Under the pieces are notes generated by a model that saw nothing but the letters and a program-made list of their open reading frames with translations, had not been told where the DNA came from and made no database searches. From Hormiphora californensis (lineage: Eukaryota; Animalia; Ctenophora), in contig CM035362.1 of the NCBI GenBank assembly GCA_020137815.1, positions 5,394,001 to 5,458,000 on the forward strand: a stretch of 64,000 nucleotides of DNA, written 5' to 3'. Each line of letters opens with the position of its first letter. Within the stretch, counting starts at the first letter, position 1. Shown here in pieces: positions 61,343-64,000 of this stretch. The translations under genes and the position numbers were made by a program.

Positions 61343-63524
61343 TTATTTCCTCTTGTTTCCACTCATAATCATGAGAATCCTCACGAAGAGGTTGATGGTA
61401 GTCATGTAAATGCCAGTACTCATAATGATGGGATCGTAGGTCTGATGGCTTGGTGTCTTCTCACATACAGCAACCACCTGGAATGGATAGAGATGACACG
61501 TGACTTGAATGAAGTACTCTGATTGGTTTAGAGCTTTCACGTGACAAGAAATAGAGGACTCTGATTGGTCAATAGTAATTATACCTTTTGGGTCTGGTAG
61601 AGAAGTAGCGCACTGAAGAGAACAACGCCTCCATAAATAGCAAGAGCATAAACTCCCTTTCCCATTGCACCTGAAAAAAACAGGTCGCTCACTTTCAACA
61701 TCAACAACCCACTCGCAAGAGGAGGAGCCTTGACGTGGCGCAGCGGCTTACGGCTCCCAGTCTTGACTGGGAGTCATCCGCTTCTCCTGGTCTGGACTGG
61801 GAACTCAACGAATCCTTCTCAACCAAAGGGACTGCTTCTGATCTAGGATTTTCCAAGCTCCAAAACTCTGTCACGGCCTCTGGCCGGAAATTTTCAGTGG
61901 AGGATGCAAGGAGTGTCAACCGACACCCTCAGACCAGGAGCGGTGGGGCTGGCGAGGGGTGCTCTCCTGCGGAGAGCTCCTCTCGGCCCTATTTAACCTC
62001 AAAACAACAACAACAACATCAACAACTAAGTAAAAGTAAAAAGAAGCCCCCGATGCCCAGTTATATAATTACAAATACCCAAGAGATAAATGCTTCTTGA
62101 AGCCTTTATTCAGTTTGAACAGTAACTCACCAGTAGGACCCATAAAGCTGGTAGCGATCGAGGCAGCAAAAACTGCTCCGAATCCCATCATAAGGGGTCC
62201 CGACATTGTCAAGAATTTCTCAGAGGGTGCGGTCACCGCTGCACCTGTCAGTCCTGCAACCTGTATGAGGGAAGGTTAGGGAAGATTAGGGAAGATTTGG
62301 GAAGATTAGGGAAGATTAGGGAAGAGGTGACAGCGCCACCAAGAATGAAAGTTGGGTCTGGGATGCGACAAGAAAGAAAGACTAACCAATCCTCCGGTAC
62401 AGAGGGCAGCACGAGTAAGGGCAGGTCCGCCCATGGCCATAGCAGGGGCGAGTAGGAGTCCAATCAAACCATACAAACCTGGAAAAATGAATGATAGTGC
62501 TCTTACAGTTGGTGATGAAATCCCAGCTGTGGTGGCTGGTTGTGTAGGGGTGACTGCGTCACCAACTCATGCAGATAGACCCCCAATATAATATATACTT
62601 CGTAGTTAGTAAGGTACAATATCATAGCAATTGATCAGTCTCTCTCCCTCTTACTTACTCAAAGCTAGGGCATGCTTGGGAACCATATTCTCTGTGGTAT
62701 AAGGCATGGACCTCTGGGCTCCCTGAATACCCATCTGAGCCCCGATAACCCCTACTACCGATAAAATTGGGTGTCGTGCAAATAGGTTGTTGAGCACCTG
62801 AACGTTCCTCAACATATACATTGATGCTGAAATAAGTAGTTGTGAGTCATAGATTGAAACTTCTTTTAATAATTTTATTCAACATCTCCACCATACGAGG
62901 GGGAAATTGGAAAAGGTTTCACCAGGTAAATCGGGGTGACTGGTAGATCGAGTTCCAACTGCAGTAATACCTATCTTTATTGATTTAACTCTTACCTCCT
63001 GTGACAGCGATTCCAGCCCCAAAATAAAGGTAAGTTTTGTGGAGTCGATCAGTAACATAAGCAGGCCACAACTGGGACCTGGCTAACGCACTCACTTCAA
63101 TATCAAACATTCCCCCTGTCTTCCCAATCGACATGAGCGTCACACCTCCCAGCAGGGCACCTCCTCCCAAAATCTGAAATGTCAGGAATACGTCAATCGT
63201 CATCTTTTTTTAAAGAAACTATATGTTTCAATCAAAGTACTGGAAATTTTATTTGCATATTCTTGGGTTTGACAGGGGGTAAGTAAAATCAACATCAGCA
63301 AAACTCAGAGACTGCCCAATTTCTCAAACGTCCTGTATTATCTGCTATATTCTAAACAGTAAAGTTAGAATTTAACCTACCAGTCGCCCATAATAATGGT
63401 AATCTTTTGCAACGGGTTGTCGGATACCATCTCGTGAGACAGTCTGTCGGGCCTGGGTCCTGAGGTTTGCAAACCCGGAACGAAGCTGAGGAAAGTTGCG
63501 GCAGGAGGAGAGCCGTGACAACAT
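61343..63524 (-). CDS. GHITM: GHITM / TMBIM5 / MICS1 mitochondrial inner-membrane protein
   Basis: Presequence MLSRLSSCRNFPQLRSGFANLRTQAR; LWPAYVTDRLHKTYLYFGAG; MPYTTENMVPKH; GGPALTRAALCT; TAPSEKFLTMSGPLMMGFGAVFAAS; YGGVVLFSALLLYQTQK; YDPIIMSTGIYMTTINLFVRILMIMSGNKRK*. Confidence 0.93.
61709..62013 (+). mobile_element. ~305-bp retroposon (SINE or 5'-truncated LINE) with (CAA)n tail and 13-bp TSD in a GHITM intron
   Basis: caacatcaacaac at 61696-61708 and 62014-62026; GC-rich 3' hairpin gaggggtgctctcc-tgc-ggagagctcctctc; A-box-like tggcgcagcgg at ~61736. Confidence 0.65.
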
Positions 63525-63752
63525 TTTGCTGTAACGATTATTTTGTGTTAGATTATGTCGTTGCTTCTTTGTCTCTTTGTGACCCTCACTTGTTCTCTAT
63601 TCTACACCATGTATATATTATGTACTGTATGTATGGGGGATCTCATCACACAGAGTACACTGCTGGGAGAAATGTGGGATATGATTACTAGTATCAATGG
63701 GGTGATCTGATCCTTCAGTGGGATGACTTGATCCTCGGCGAGGGATTTGATG

Positions 63753-63825
63753 GGAGGGGTAGCTCAATAGGTAGAGCAATGGACGCGAAACCCAGAGGTT
63801 GTCGGTTCGCGTCCGGCCCACGCCA
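63753..63825 (+). pseudogene. tRNA-like pseudogene or tRNA-derived SINE head
   Basis: A box/D arm tagctcaataggtagagc and T arm gtcggttcgcgtccggc are present, but the acceptor and anticodon stems each have two mismatches, U33 is missing and A58 is replaced. Confidence 0.65.
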
Positions 63826-64000
63826 GATATTTTTCTCCCTATGCGATTATCCTGAGCAGATCTCATTCATGATATTTAACCAAACCATTCTCTCACAATC
63901 GTGATCTGCCCGTCTGTGTGTTCTCCTTTAACTGTGGATCTAGTAGGGCGTGTGTGTGAGAGATAGTGAGATTAGCAGCCAGAGAAAATACAAATCTTGT

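Noticed and set aside
62268-62326. Interstitial telomere (ttaggg)
   Set aside because: The unit is the 10-mer ttagggaaga x5 in a GHITM intron near an acceptor, not (TTAGGG)n.
63753-63825. Functional tRNA gene
   Set aside because: Mismatched acceptor and anticodon stems, no U33, altered T loop.

Overview
Eukaryotic, intron-rich, microsatellite-rich animal DNA. I infer a ctenophore from a repeated secreted domain type, nested antisense genes and the repeat landscape, but cannot confirm the taxon. + strand genes: two tandem CPT2 paralogs (437-2778, 3108-5501), a small two-TM gene (6161-7252), PIBF1/CEP90 (7715-21631), a large ATP11-type P4-ATPase flippase (22424-47588) and p23/PTGES3 (49753-52437). 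- strand genes: SNX8 (60718-53106) and GHITM/TMBIM5 (63524-61343). Antisense genes are nested in ATP11 and SNX8 introns. The block 11291-20320 looks like a mis-scaffolded second haplotype of PIBF1 plus an inverted satellite, and several stretches have indel-type consensus errors. Main unexplained signals: (1) at least ten introns contain tandem copies of their own exon-intron junction, creating decoy acceptors or donors that mostly run into an in-frame stop and differ in copy number between haplotypes; (2) two 81-nt, apparently mutually exclusive exons encode the lipid entry gate (TM1-TM2 loop plus TM2) of the flippase; (3) GHITM has lost both conserved TMBIM aspartates; (4) a 109-bp hAT MITE sits repeatedly just after 5' splice sites; (5) hAT insertions rewrite two C-termini; (6) a Tc1-type foldback element is nested in a Helitron in one allele only. 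Exon coordinates were read by eye and may be off by a few nt.
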